Origin: an uncultured delta proteobacterium
GTDB lineage: Bacteria; Desulfobacterota; Desulfomonilia; UBA1062
Length of the DNA: 64,000 nucleotides
NCBI GenBank assembly: GCA_963752595.1
Contig: CAVVYZ010000016.1
Location: forward strand, 16,471-80,470
Direction: 5' to 3'
Position 1 is the stretch's first letter; every line of letters begins with the position of its first letter. The position numbers were made by a program, and so were the translations under genes. The notes under the pieces are model-generated. The model searched no databases. It was not told the DNA's origin and was given only the letters and a program-made list of their open reading frames with translations. Shown here in pieces: positions 9,897-21,047 of the stretch.

Positions 9897-11394
9897 TTAT
9901 CCCTTGGCCGGGGGCGGCAGATCCGCCACCAGCCGCAAGGAGACGGTGAGCTCATCGAGCTGGTAATGGGGCTTCAGAAACGCCACTGCCCGGTATGCGC
10001 CCGGCTTGCCCGGGATCTCGGTGACATCGATCCGGGCTTCCCGCAGCGGCAGCTGGCCTTGCTTCCTGGCCGGCATTGTCGTCCAGGAGCACGTAGTTGC
10101 TGATCCAGCGGTTCAGGAAATCTTCGGCATTCTTCGGGTCATGAAGCTGCCGATCTTGTCCCGCATCATGGACTTCAGGTAATGGGCAAACCGGGATACG
10201 GCCAGGATGTACTGCAGCTGCGAGGAAAGCCTCGCATTGGCAGTTGGCCGCATCGGAGTCGTACACCTTGGGCTTGTTGGCCGTCTGGGTGCTGAAGAAT
10301 GCCGCATAGTCGGTGCCCTTGCAGTGGACCAGGGGAATGAAGCCCAGGTCGGCAAACTCTTTTTCCCGCCGGTCGGTGATGGCGATCTCGGTGGGGCATT
10401 TCAGCGCCACGTCGCCCTCGTCGGTCTTGAAGGTATGGACCGGCAGACCCTGCGACCAGGCCGCCGCCTTCGACGCCCCGGATGGCCGCGCACCAGTGGT
10501 ACTTGGCAAAGGCATCGGTCAGCCGGGCGCCTAGGGCATAGGCGGCATTGCCCCAGAGATACTTGCTGTGATCCGTGCCGTCCACTTCCTCTTCGAAGTT
10601 GAAGGCCTCGACCGGGACATTGGCCTGGCCGTAGGGGAGCCGCATGAGCATATGGGGCAGGGCCAGCGCCACATAGCGGGAATCCTCGGATTCGCGGAAG
10701 GACTTCCACTTGGCGTAATCGACGCTCTGAGAAGATCTTGGCCAGGTCGCGCGGGACCGCCGAGCTCGGTGAAGCTGTCCAAGTTGAACATCTTGGCGGA
10801 TGCTGCCGGAGATGAAGGGCGCATGGGCGGCCGCGGCCACCTGGGAGATCTTTTCCAGCAGGGCCAGATCCTGCGGATGGTTGCTGAATTCGTAGTCGCC
10901 GATGAGCGCGCCGTAGGGGGCGCCGCCGAACATGCCGAACTCCTCTTCGTAGATCTTCTTGAACAGGGCGGACTGGTCGAACTCGCTGGCCTTTTCCATG
11001 TCCTTGAGCAGATCTTTCTTGGAGACATTCATGACCCTGATCTTCAAGGTCTCGCCCGGTCTCGCTCTGGTTCACCAGGTAGGCAAGGCCTCTCCACGAA
11101 GCCTTCGAGCTTCTGGAAATCGGCGTGGTGCATGACCTCGTTGAGCTGGTCGGAGATAGCTGGTCGATCTGGGCGATCCGGGCGTTGATCATTGGCCTCC
11201 GTGTCTTTGGAAACCATCATGGCGCCTTCCATGATCTGGCTGACGAACTCGCTGATGAGGTCCTTGGCCCGTCGCCTTCTGGCTCTCGTCCCGGGCCATG
11301 CGGCCTTCCTCGATGATCTTGTCGAGCAGGCCCTTCCTCCTGCTACCGTCGGCTGGTGCGGACCTGCTTGAGCCTGTTGTTCCTTGTCAGCCAT
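9897..11394 (-). CDS. tssC: T6SS sheath large subunit TssC (multiple frameshifts)
   Basis: [79 protein letters not shown]. Start MADKEQ at 11394. Confidence 0.95.
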
Positions 11395-11410
11395 GGCGCC
11401 TTCCTCCCTC

Positions 11411-11944
11411 TTATTCTTTTCCGGTCGCTTCCGGTTGGCCACCCGGCTTCTTGTACCCAAGCTTCTCGAGCGACTCGGTGCTGGAGATAACCTCCTGCAG
11501 CAGTTCGTCGAGCTTGTCGTTGCCGTCCAGCTTGCCCAGAAGGTCGGAAAGCTTCTTCCTGGCCTCGACCAGTTTCCGGAGCGGCTCTGATCTGCTCGGC
11601 CAACCTTCTCCGGATGGAAATCGTCCAGGGACTTGAACTTGCAGCTCCACCGCCAGCTTGGTAGTCGTCGTTCGTGAGCTTGTTGTCGACCTTGAAGGCC
11701 AGCCTGGGCTTCATCCCCTCGAGCACCTTGTTGAAGTTGTCGCGGTCGATCTCGACGAACTTCCGGTCCTTCAGCTTGGGAAGCGGCTCATCCGGGCTTG
11801 CCCGACAGATCGCCCAGCACGCCGACGACAAAGGGGATCTCCTTCATCTCGATGGCGTCCGCCGATCTCCACGTCATAGGTGATCTGGACCCGGGGGGAC
11901 CGCACCCTGTCCAACTTATGCTGTGTGCTTTCCTTCTTGGCCAT
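11411..11944 (-). CDS. tssB: T6SS sheath small subunit TssB (frameshifts)
   Basis: MAKKESTQHKLDRVRSPRVQITYDVE, LKDRKFVEIDRDNFNKV, PLRKLVEARKKLSDLL. Confidence 0.93.
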
Positions 11945-11973
11945 ACCATATCCTCCTTTTTACCTTCGCGGCC

Positions 11974-13326
11974 TTAGCCTTTATAAACAAAAGCCTTCGT
12001 TATGTCCTGGTTGCACAGTTTCTGGAAAAGCTCGTTCTTTGCCTTGTACTTGTCCTCGTCGGAGGCCTCGTCCGCAGTGAGGCACTGATAATATGCATCG
12101 ATGACCTCGGCGATCCACGTGGGGGACTCCCACTTTTCGAGGCTCAGCTCTCCGATGAGCGTATACAGCTGTTCGATGACCGGCCTGGCGAGATCGTGCC
12201 GGTTGACCTTGAGGCAGAGCTTCGCGATGAGGAGCCGGTAGCGGTTCTGCTGCCTTACTGACGGCGCGCTGCTCACCGCAGCAGTCAATTGTTCGAGTGC
12301 CTGTCTGATCCCGGATTGGTTGACTGTCTGGAGCGCGGCTTCCCACAATGCGTCTTCGATCCCTGCACCATCCTGGACAAAGAATGCCGGGACAGCGCCG
12401 GGGCTCAAAGACGGTGATCCCTGCGCCGCTACGGCCTGACCTGCAGCCGGGTACTCAGTTCCGGATACTCCGCCGGCAGATGCTGCCGCCTTCGTCTGGG
12501 CATCTTTCATGGGCACCTCCCTTTTGTCGGGCTCCTGCACCCGCCTGTCTTTCAGGATCCGGGAAATGAGCTGCTCGCAGTCCTGGATGGCTGCACGCAT
12601 CTCCGAGAGCCTGGGTGCCTCTTTGCCGAACTTCTCGTCCACGAGGCCGTCCATCTTGTCGAACTCGGCGAGGCAGGTGTTTAAGCAGCCTTCGACCTTT
12701 TCGTAGAATGCCTTGGATGTGGCAGCGACTGCGGCATCGAACTCCTCAGCCGGGATCTTGCCTTCTGCGATAAGGTCTTCCCGTGCCCGGCGTTTCTTTT
12801 CATCGACGTCGCCGAACTGGTTGAGGATGTCTTTCTCGGTGCCCACCTTGCGGGAATCCTGCCAGGAAAGCCAGGAGTAGCCGGGGGTTTTAGCCGGATC
12901 GGTAAGAGGGATGTCCTTTAAGGCGGACCATAGCTTGTCGTTCAGGAACTCGAAAGGCCCGGCCCGGAACTCCATGTCGCCGTCTTCTATCAGGGGATAA
13001 ACCGTATCCCAGTACTGATCGAGGAGACCGTTGATAATGACGAGACCTGTGTTCAAACCCTCGAAGCCTTTTGTTTTCACCAGGGCCTCGGTCAGCCATG
13101 CAGCGATCTGGAGGTCTTTGGTCCTGGTGGTGAGTGCATCGACTGAGGTCTTGATGACCGCGGCCCAGTCCGACGTCTTGATCTCGCGCTCCCAGTCGCC
13201 GCGGGCGAGCATGTCGTCCGCTTTCCTCGCCTCCTTGATGGTGTCGTAGACGGGCGTATAGCGCAAGTCTTCGCCGGCCGGATTTTCTCCCGGGATAGGT
13301 GCCGTACATGCCTGGATATCGATCAT
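11974..13326 (-). CDS. tssA: T6SS protein TssA (ImpA_N domain)
   Basis: PIPGENPAGEDLRY..IKEAR, DWAAV, KDLQIAAWLTEA, YWDTVYP, and C-terminal LEKWES. Confidence 0.92.
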   Translation of the reverse strand: MIDIQACTAPIPGENPAGEDLRYTPVYDTIKEARKADDMLARGDWEREIKTSDWAAVIKTSVDALTTRTKDLQIAAWLTEALVKTKGFEGLNTGLVIINGLLDQYWDTVYPLIEDGDMEFRAGPFEFLNDKLWSALKDIPLTDPAKTPGYSWLSWQDSRKVGTEKDILNQFGDVDEKKRRAREDLIAEGKIPAEEFDAAVAATSKAFYEKVEGCLNTCLAEFDKMDGLVDEKFGKEAPRLSEMRAAIQDCEQLISRILKDRRVQEPDKREVPMKDAQTKAAASAGGVSGTEYPAAGQAVAAQGSPSLSPGAVPAFFVQDGAGIEDALWEAALQTVNQSGIRQALEQLTAAVSSAPSVRQQNRYRLLIAKLCLKVNRHDLARPVIEQLYTLIGELSLEKWESPTWIAEVIDAYYQCLTADEASDEDKYKAKNELFQKLCNQDITKAFVYKG

Positions 13327-13359
13327 ACTGTAACTTGGCCTCCCATCGGTAAAAATTCT

Positions 13360-14223
13360 TTACTTCTCACGGTAGGTGAACACGGCCTCCCGGATCTCCA
13401 AGATGGCTATTTCTTTTTTTCCGGCCTGGTACACGTGCTGGCCTGCACCCCGGTAATAGCCGTCGCCGAGCGCTATCCAGTCGGTCATCCGCCCGAGCTT
13501 GATCTTCTCGTCTTCATGGGAAGAAGAGCCGGGATAGAGCACGGGCAGGAAGCAGCCCACATTCAATCCCCCCCAGGTGGTGACGTTCGCCTGGATCCAG
13601 ATGAGATCGGTGAGCGAGCGGGGCGCGGTCACGGTGAGCTCGCGGATGGCTGCAAAGGGGATCCATACATAGCGGCCGTGGATGAATGCTTCGAGGAACG
13701 GGGACAAGACGCTGTCGGTGTCCTTGAGCCCGGAGAAGGTCTCGCCGTTGAGCGTTCCCTTGACCTTCGGGATGGATTTCTCTGCCTGGGCGAAGAGCGC
13801 TCCGACGGCTTTGATGTCCCCCTCTCCTTTATCCTCTCCCGCAACAGGAGAGGAAGGAGTGGTACCCCCTGCCGGGGATCTTTTGATGAAAAGGAGCTTC
13901 CTGACTGCATTGTAATAAGGTTCGAAAAAGTCTGGTGCTTCGGGCAGGAACGACGGGAGCTGCTTGAGGTCGAAGACGGCAATCCGCTCCTTTTCTGCAG
14001 CGATAAGCTGGGAATAGACGGAAGCGCCCTTAAGACGTGACGGGTCCTGGGTCGAGATCATGTCGAGATGCACGGATGCCTTGTCCCACTCTCCGAGCAG
14101 GACCAGGACCTGGAACAAGAGCGTCCTCTTTCCTGTGTCCGCAGGAGAAGACTTCACCCCTTCCACGAGTGCTGCCCGGGCTTCGGACAGCCGCCCTTCC
14201 TTAATCAAGCTCCTCAAATCCAT
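13360..14223 (-). CDS. tagJ: T6SS accessory TagJ/ImpE
   Basis: VKSSPAD..RTLLFQVLVLLGEWDKA, GTLNGETF..DTDSVL..LE, YVWIPF, PRSLTDLIW, PVLYP, LGRMTDW, GAGQ. Contains a ~25-aa insert derived from a palindrome. Confidence 0.9.
   Translation of the reverse strand: MDLRSLIKEGRLSEARAALVEGVKSSPADTGKRTLLFQVLVLLGEWDKASVHLDMISTQDPSRLKGASVYSQLIAAEKERIAVFDLKQLPSFLPEAPDFFEPYYNAVRKLLFIKRSPAGGTTPSSPVAGEDKGEGDIKAVGALFAQAEKSIPKVKGTLNGETFSGLKDTDSVLSPFLEAFIHGRYVWIPFAAIRELTVTAPRSLTDLIWIQANVTTWGGLNVGCFLPVLYPGSSSHEDEKIKLGRMTDWIALGDGYYRGAGQHVYQAGKKEIAILEIREAVFTYREK
13818..13877. repeat. REP-like palindrome inserted in frame in tagJ
   Basis: The reverse complement CCTCTCCTGTTGCGGGAGAGGATAAAGGAGAGGGGG resembles the intergenic 5709-5759 element. 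Confidence 0.7.
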
Positions 14224-14317
14224 ACCACGTAAAACCTTTCACTCTTAAAGTCTACCAAACCATAAGCCATGCAGAAAAACAATAAAAAACCAGTATCGTT
14301 GCCGGAATGCGCCTACT

Positions 14318-15023
14318 TTACGAAAAAGTCCACAACCGGATGAAATCCTGAGAAGCGAGCGACCTCCTGAACAGGGCGAAATGGGTATTTTCCGGTATGC
14401 CGCCCATGAACACCGTATTCGGGGATTCGCCGATGAGCGCCTTCAGCCGGGTGTGCCACAGGACGAGCGTATCCGACGGGTCCTCGCTGAGCCCTCCCTT
14501 GATGGGCAGGAAGAGCTCTGCAGCATTCCGATAATGAATCGAGCTCATGCATATCCTGGTATTTCCCTGCTGCGGCGCCCGCCCCCTGGAACAGGGTCGG
14601 ATACGGCAGCATCCCGAGGTCGCTCTCCAGGGCCGACACGTCGAACGATTTCTTGGAGCCCACGTATTCCATCCGGCTCCAGATCCCTTCGAAGACGTAT
14701 GGAAGCAGTTCCCAGGTTTCCTCCCAGCCGTCCAGCGGCCCTGTGCCGAAGATGAGGAACGGGTACGGCCGGCCCACGCTGTCGTTGCTGTCGCGGAGCA
14801 GCCCGCAGACGAGCTCCTGCTTTTTCATGCCCCGGGCCCAGAACCTCCAGGAACAGGCTTGCTGCGGCCTTTCCTGCAGCGCCGAATACCCGGACTCCAT
14901 CCAGTCGGCAAAAGCCTTGAGCAAAGGCGTCTGGGCCCCGATGGCGATATAATCCCTCGCCACGGGGTGCTTACCCGCAGCCCCCCAGGCCCAGCCCTGC
15001 TTTTGCTTTACTGAGCCCAGCAC
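14318..15023 (-). CDS. tagF: T6SS-associated TagF/ImpM-like protein (frameshift ~14530)
   Basis: GKHPVARDY, FADWME, WRFW, GLLRDSNDSVGRPYPF; directly after tssM. Confidence 0.85.
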
Positions 15024-18000
15024 GTTACGATTCTCTCGGGCGCCAGGCCTGCCCCCTGGCTGAAGAGGTCGGCGGCCTGCTGGTAGTTGCCGTCGAAACG
15101 GTAGTTCACCTTGATGTACCTGATGCCCATCCGCTTCAATGATGCGCTCTGCCCGGGAAAATCGCCGGGCGTAAACGTATGCCGGCCTGACGGGAACTCG
15201 CTTAAGAACTTGGAGAAGCCGAAGTTGCCTTCATACTGCCGGGTAAGCGTTACATTGCCGACCTCGATGGTAAAGACCGCGGTGCCGCAGTTCTGGGGCG
15301 AATAGTTGAACACCTTGCGGACCGGGTAGTTGAGGTTCTCCAGGGTGAGCATCTCGCTTGCACACCCGAGCTCCAGACGGGTGGAATGGGGCTTGACCGA
15401 CGCATCGGAGTTGGAGTCGGTAGGCAGACCTGTGATGGTGACGGTGTAGCTGGACTGTACCGGCTTGTCCGCCTTCGAGGAGAAGCTCAAGAAACCGACC
15501 TCGAAGGGCACCTTCCTGCCCATGACCTCCTTGGGGGAGTATCCCTGCAAGTCCCTGTTCAGGAAAGGTGCTGCCGGGCCCTGCATGAACCTGCCGGCAG
15601 GCCCCTGTCCGCCGCCTATCATTGCGTTTGCCTGCAAGGGGTCGGTTATCCCCTGCACCATGACCAGAACGTCCTTGACCCAGAGTTCCTGGAGGTGGCA
15701 CCCGGTTTCCCGGCAGGCGTAGGCCCACAGAAAATCGAGCGGGCCCTGCACGAGCTGCCACAGGCCGGGATCGGCGCCTGTCCAGCCGGAAGCTTTGAGC
15801 TCGCCGATCGCATCACGGGCCTTGATGAACGGCGATGCCGCTGCCGTACCTTCGGCGAACGTAGCGGTTGCGAGCTGGAAGATAGCCTGACGGGACGACT
15901 TCACCGCCGTGGACGCCTCACCCAGTGAGGAGAGGTACGCGGCATACGCCTTGATCGCATTGGTCCGCGAGGTGGCGGCGCCCGTGTCCGCGACACCGGA
16001 TATCTTATCTTTGATCTTGGAGCCGGTCTCGGTGACCTTCGTGATGAGAGACCCGCCTCCGGCGGCATTGACTGCGCCCATGGCCAGGGCCTGGTCTGCA
16101 GTATCGTTGATGCCGTCGACGAACACAATCCATGCAGGGGCGGCGTTTCCGGTTCTATACGGCCCCAGTTCGGACTTCATGCGGCTGAGGAAGGCAAAGT
16201 ACGGTCCCCCCTTTGTAGCCATCCTGCCGGCGGTCTGTTCCCACTCGGCTTTCCCTTTGAGCCTCTGTGCGCCTTGCGCGAACGAGCGCACGAAATTCTC
16301 CCATGCTGCCAGATAGTTCTGTCGGTACCACTCCTGGAAGGCGGGCTTGTTCGCATTGATTGCCTGAGCATCGCCCAGGGCCATGCAGATCTCGTCAAAA
16401 ACCGCATCCACGTGCTTTTTGCCCTCGAGGGTGAAAGCACCCGGCACGAACGGCTCGTCCGGCAATGAATTGCTTCCACCCCAGAACTCCTTTAAGCTGG
16501 CGCCCGGGAGCGATGTGCCGGTGCTCACCCAGACCGCTACCCACCGGAAGTCCGCATTCTTCTGTGCGAGCGCTTTCTTCAGCCATGGTTTGAGGTTTTT
16601 CATCTCCTTGCCCGATGACTGCTGCTCCTCATCCCCCCAGATCAGTCGATAGAGGTACAGGTTGGAGAGGCTCTTGGCCATCTCGGGCGCCACGCTTCCT
16701 CCTGCGGCAGGGATGAACGGCAGATACGAAGGCTGGGGCTTGGACTGGAGCTCTTCGAGCGAAGCTTCTTTCATGTGCGCATCGACGAGGTTGATCCGCC
16801 GGGTAAGGTGCATGACGTACTGGGCGTACACGGGGTCAGGGGTTGCAGCCGTGAAGGTGGCAAGATCCTGCTCTATCTTCTTGTCCATGGACGAGATGAT
16901 GCCCTCTTCCACCAGCCTGCAATAGTTGCTCTTGAGCCTTCCTTCGATGTCTTTGCTGTGGGTGAGGCCGAATCTCGGTATCCACCAGTGCCTGTTCCCC
17001 TCTTCCACCTTGAGGATGCCCTTACGGTAAAGCTCGAGGGTATTCACGTCGACCGTGAACTCTCCCTGGAGGACCGGGGGATCTTTGGGCACGGACCTTA
17101 TGATGGAGAGGTTCTTGACGAACGAAAAACTTAAGAGTCCGCAGATGGCAATGGAGATCGCAAGCCACGACAGCAGGCCCAGGTTCTTGGTGAGCCTTGA
17201 CCATTCGATGGCCTGCCTGGTGGGGGCGAACAGGTGCCTTTCCCGGGGCAGGATCTTTTCGAAAAAGTCGTGGAGGAAGAGTCCCTTGCTGGTGCCGGGC
17301 AGGACGTCCCGCTCCTCAATGAGGCCTAAGTTCTTGAGGAAGTGGGAATACGGGGTTCCTTCCTGGCGGCCGGTGCTGAAATAGATGCCGCGCAAAAGCG
17401 GGCTTTCCTGGTAGGGGTTCTCCTGGAAGGCTGCCTTCATGAACGAGGTGAGGCCCTCTTCAGCTTCGAGAACTCCTCGGGGAAGAGCAGGAGCGAGGGC
17501 TCCAGGTATCTGGGGTCTGTCTTGTGGAGCTGGATGAGGCGGATGCTCCTCAAACGCTCGGAGATGGTGTGCATCGCGTTCTTGATGAACGATACCGGGT
17601 CGGCCTTGCCCGAGTCGGTTGATCATGCCCATGGCCTGCTGTTGGCCCGCCTCGGAGAGCCGGCCCGTAAACTGGGTCATGCCCTGGATCAGGTCGCACT
17701 TGGTCACGAGCACATAGACCGGGAACTTGCTGCCCAGGGCCCGCATGAGCTCATCGATCCTGCGGCGGATGTTCGGGCCGTCCTCTTCAGGGCCTCGGGC
17801 CCGGTCTCCAGGATCTTGTCCGCGGCAACGGTGACGACCAGGCCGTTTAAGGGCTCTTTTTTGCGGTATTTGGCCAGGAGCGAGAAGAAATTCTGCCATT
17901 CGTCCTTGTCCCTGCCCTCATCGACGGGGATGGCATACCTGCCTGCGGTATCGATGATGATGGCCTGCTCGAAGAACCACCAGTCGCAGTTCTTCGTGCC

Positions 18001-18462
18001 GGAGATCCCGGAGATCCGGTTGACCTCGGAAAAAGGCGAGGAGAGCTTGGCGCTCTTGATCGACGTGGTCTTGCCCGATCCGCTCTCGCCGAGGACCATG
18101 TACCACGGCAGGACATAGAGCGGGTTGCCCTGTTTCTTCAGGTGCGATTTCTTCAGGGCGTCGACGGCTTCTTTCCACTTGTCCTGGAGCTCGGAGGCGT
18201 GTTTCTTCTCGTCGTCTTTCAGTGACCTCAGGTAGGCGTTGTCCTGCTCGATGATCTGGCTGACGAAGTGCTGCTCCTTTTTCCTCAGCATGACCTTACG
18301 GATGATAAAGCCCGCCAGACCCACCCCAATAAACAGGACAATGAGGAAGATGCCGACCCACCAGGGCCAGCCCATGCCGAGCACGATTCCGAACACCAGG
18401 AGAAGGACGAGTATGCTGCTTAATGCAATCAGTGCATAAACCATCGGACTCTGTTTCATCAC
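15008..18462 (-). CDS. tssM: T6SS membrane subunit TssM/IcmF (frameshifts ~17450-17790)
   Basis: Two N-terminal TM helices, LYVLPWYMVLGESGSGKTT, CDWWF..IIDTAGRY, PLNGLVV, FPVYVLVTKCDL, LRGIYFST. Confidence 0.93.
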
Positions 18463-19136
18463 GGCACCATCTTGAAAAGGGTTTCGCTGACGTTGTTCAG
18501 GACGAAATGATAAATCAGGAACAGCGCAGCAAAGAGTACGACCGGAACGCCTGCCGCCACGATATTGAAGAAGGGAAAACTGCTCCGGGTTTTGACCTTT
18601 ACCTCAGGCCCGGTATCCGGGGGGTAGCCTTCGGGGAACAGCTCGCCCTTTTCCATGGACGGGATGCCCAGGGAGCTGCCGGTGAGCACTTTGAGGTTCG
18701 AGGTCTTGAGCTGGTCGATGAGGAACTTGTCGCCCTCGTTGCAGTAGCGGCCCGTGAACCCCATGGCCAGGCACAGGTAGTAGACCTCCCGGCCGTCCTT
18801 CTGGTGGGGGCCCAGGCTGTTGAGGCGGTCGAAGAACAGCTCGCCCGCATTCGTCGTCTGGTAGTGGATCCTCTGGAGGAGATCACGCTGCCAGAGCTGC
18901 CTGCTCGACCAGGTCGAGTTCATGATGGACTCGTCGATCCAGGCACAAACAGCGAACCGCGCCGCCTCGTAATCCTCCTGCGTGATCTCGCCGTAGCCCA
19001 CGCCGTCCCTGCTCTGGGTGAGGAGCCGGTCGATATCCGCCCTCACCTGGTCGTACGCCGGCTGGCGTTTGTCATAAGTTTTCTTGAAATAGAGCACGTA
19101 GCTGATCAGTTCGATGAAGCAGTCACTCAGTCGCAT
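18459..19136 (-). CDS. tssL: T6SS TssL/DotU (short, no OmpA domain)
   Basis: ARFAVCAWIDE, W..DLLQ, NAGELFFDRL, EVYYLCLAMGFTGRY, C-terminal TM helix. Confidence 0.93.
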   Translation of the reverse strand: MRLSDCFIELISYVLYFKKTYDKRQPAYDQVRADIDRLLTQSRDGVGYGEITQEDYEAARFAVCAWIDESIMNSTWSSRQLWQRDLLQRIHYQTTNAGELFFDRLNSLGPHQKDGREVYYLCLAMGFTGRYCNEGDKFLIDQLKTSNLKVLTGSSLGIPSMEKGELFPEGYPPDTGPEVKVKTRSSFPFFNIVAAGVPVVLFAALFLIYHFVLNNVSETLFKMVP

Positions 19137-19139
19137 GTT

Positions 19140-20525
19140 TTACGTCCTCCCTACGACCATGAGCTCGACCTTGAGATCTCCGGCCGCACTGTCCCAGAAC
19201 AGGGCGATGTTCTTGCCCTTCTGCACGTTGGCCCATTGGTCGCCGTAGTGTTCTATCTGAAAATAACTGGCGTTCGCCCTCCTCGGCAGCTCCTGCGGCG
19301 GGATGGGCAGGTGCTTGAGGCCCAGTGCCGGCAGTGCCCGCACGATGAGGATGGCAAGCGCTTCCCGCGAGCTCAGTTTTGCGCTCGTATCGATGGACCT
19401 GAGAACCTCTGCAGGATCTGCCTCGGTCTCGATCACGAGGTAGAAGCGGTTCGACCCCTCGAAGATCGCAGGCGGCAGATCCGCGGAATAGTATGTCCCG
19501 TCGTATACGAGAGAAAAGACGTATTCGGGGCCGGAGGTGATCTCATCGAGCAGGCGGGTGATCATTTCCTGCGCTGCCGAGAAACAGGAAGAAAGATTTT
19601 CATGAGAGTACGACGGGATCGAGCCCTTACCCCCCTCGGTGCCTCCCAGCACTGTTACCTCCTGCGAGAAGGTGGAGAGGTCTCCGACTATCCGGCGCAG
19701 CATCCCGTAAATGGTCCACGGGTGAGCCTGGGCATCGTCCGTGAGGTGGTAGAGCTGGGGGATGTAGCGGTTCAGCGACCGCAAGGCCAGGAGAAAGACC
19801 ATGTCCCGCGCCCCGAACTCGGCCGTGTGTATGCCCCGGTCCCGCTTATAGAGCTCGAGCTGGTGCCCGCGGGCCGTGACCTGGTCGCGGACTTCCTTGA
19901 CGACCTTCTCGAGAACCGGCGAGGCTTCTATGGAAACGCAGGGCGGGATGTACCGCTCGGAGAGGACCACGTCCTCGCCTTTGCGTTCGAGCTGGGCGAT
20001 CGGGATGACCTCATAGTCGGCAAACCGGTCCTGCTCGGTCTCCCAGAAGATCCGAACGCTATAGAAGAGCCTTTTGATCTCTGCAGACGGGCCCTGTTCG
20101 TGCATATCGGGCATCTCTTCGAAGTCGGACGGCGCAACGAACCGGGTGGTGACCTTGGAAAGCCTCGTGGAGCCGTCCATGACCGTGACGTTCAGGCCCT
20201 GATCACTCCATTTCTTTATGCCCAGGTACACCTTCAGCGGCTTGCCGCCCTCGACCCAGTCCTCGTCAAAACCCCGTGCCTCCACCAGTGCATTGTCCGG
20301 GATGGCCACGTGGGTCATGTCCCGGAACACGAACTCTCCGCCCGTGATCTGGAATGTCCTGGTCTCCAGCGCGGACTTCTGGACCTGCAGCGAATTCACC
20401 CCCCACAGGTGGGGCATGAGGAACCGGTATGCCGGTGCCGTGAGTGACTGGAGATAGCGGTCGGAGAGCTGGAAATGCTGGGGCTGCAGAAACAAACCGT
20501 GATGCCAGAAGATCGGCCTCTCCAT
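19140..20525 (-). CDS. tssK: T6SS baseplate TssK
   Basis: IFWHHGLFLQPQHFQ, WGV..L, YIPPC, HPW.IY..L, IVRALPALGL.HLP.PP.ELP. Confidence 0.95.
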   Translation of the reverse strand: MERPIFWHHGLFLQPQHFQLSDRYLQSLTAPAYRFLMPHLWGVNSLQVQKSALETRTFQITGGEFVFRDMTHVAIPDNALVEARGFDEDWVEGGKPLKVYLGIKKWSDQGLNVTVMDGSTRLSKVTTRFVAPSDFEEMPDMHEQGPSAEIKRLFYSVRIFWETEQDRFADYEVIPIAQLERKGEDVVLSERYIPPCVSIEASPVLEKVVKEVRDQVTARGHQLELYKRDRGIHTAEFGARDMVFLLALRSLNRYIPQLYHLTDDAQAHPWTIYGMLRRIVGDLSTFSQEVTVLGGTEGGKGSIPSYSHENLSSCFSAAQEMITRLLDEITSGPEYVFSLVYDGTYYSADLPPAIFEGSNRFYLVIETEADPAEVLRSIDTSAKLSSREALAILIVRALPALGLKHLPIPPQELPRRANASYFQIEHYGDQWANVQKGKNIALFWDSAAGDLKVELMVVGRT

Positions 20526-20528
20526 GCC

Positions 20529-21047
20529 CTATTCCTCCTGTGTTGAAACGATCTGTTTGGGCCCGAGCTTGATGACGGCGTTCAAAGGCATGGGCACCAT
20601 CCGCTTGCTGAAAAGGCCCCTCTTTTCCTGGGGGATCCGGTAGAACCTGACGATCTTGTCTTTGTCGATGTTGTAGTACCCGGCTACGATGCCTACGAAC
20701 TTGGCCCCCTCTGCCCTGTCCAGGCTGGCTTTCTGATTTTTGCCCGGATTCACGATGACCCTTCTCGCATTGGCGACGCTCGGGTCGAAGTTGCTGCACG
20801 AGAGCAGCTTGTAGAGGCCGTCGGTATCCTCGGCGAGCTGTCTGAACTCATTGGGGTCCCTGAGCTGGTACACGCACACCGACAGGGTATGCGATGTGCC
20901 GTCGCGCAGGTTGAGCTTTTTATCCGGCTCAAAACTCAGATTGATCCCCTTTTCTTCATACTCCCACCTGGCAGGCGTCGGCGCGGCGCATGAAGCCAGC
21001 AGGAAAAGCGTGCATAGAAAAAACAGGATGGTACGTACCGATTTCAT
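20529..21047 (-). CDS. tssJ: T6SS lipoprotein TssJ
   Basis: Lipobox LLASC, LN..DG, VCVYQLRD..F, LDRAEGAKFVGIVAGY. Confidence 0.9.
   Translation of the reverse strand: MKSVRTILFFLCTLFLLASCAAPTPARWEYEEKGINLSFEPDKKLNLRDGTSHTLSVCVYQLRDPNEFRQLAEDTDGLYKLLSCSNFDPSVANARRVIVNPGKNQKASLDRAEGAKFVGIVAGYYNIDKDKIVRFYRIPQEKRGLFSKRMVPMPLNAVIKLGPKQIVSTQEE

Noticed and set aside
3016-18462. T6SS as a pseudogenised cluster, or programmed frameshifting in clpV/tssB/tssC/hcp
   Set aside because: Similar 1-nt indels also hit essential thrS and ribF and occur in patches, so sequencing/consensus error is the simpler explanation.
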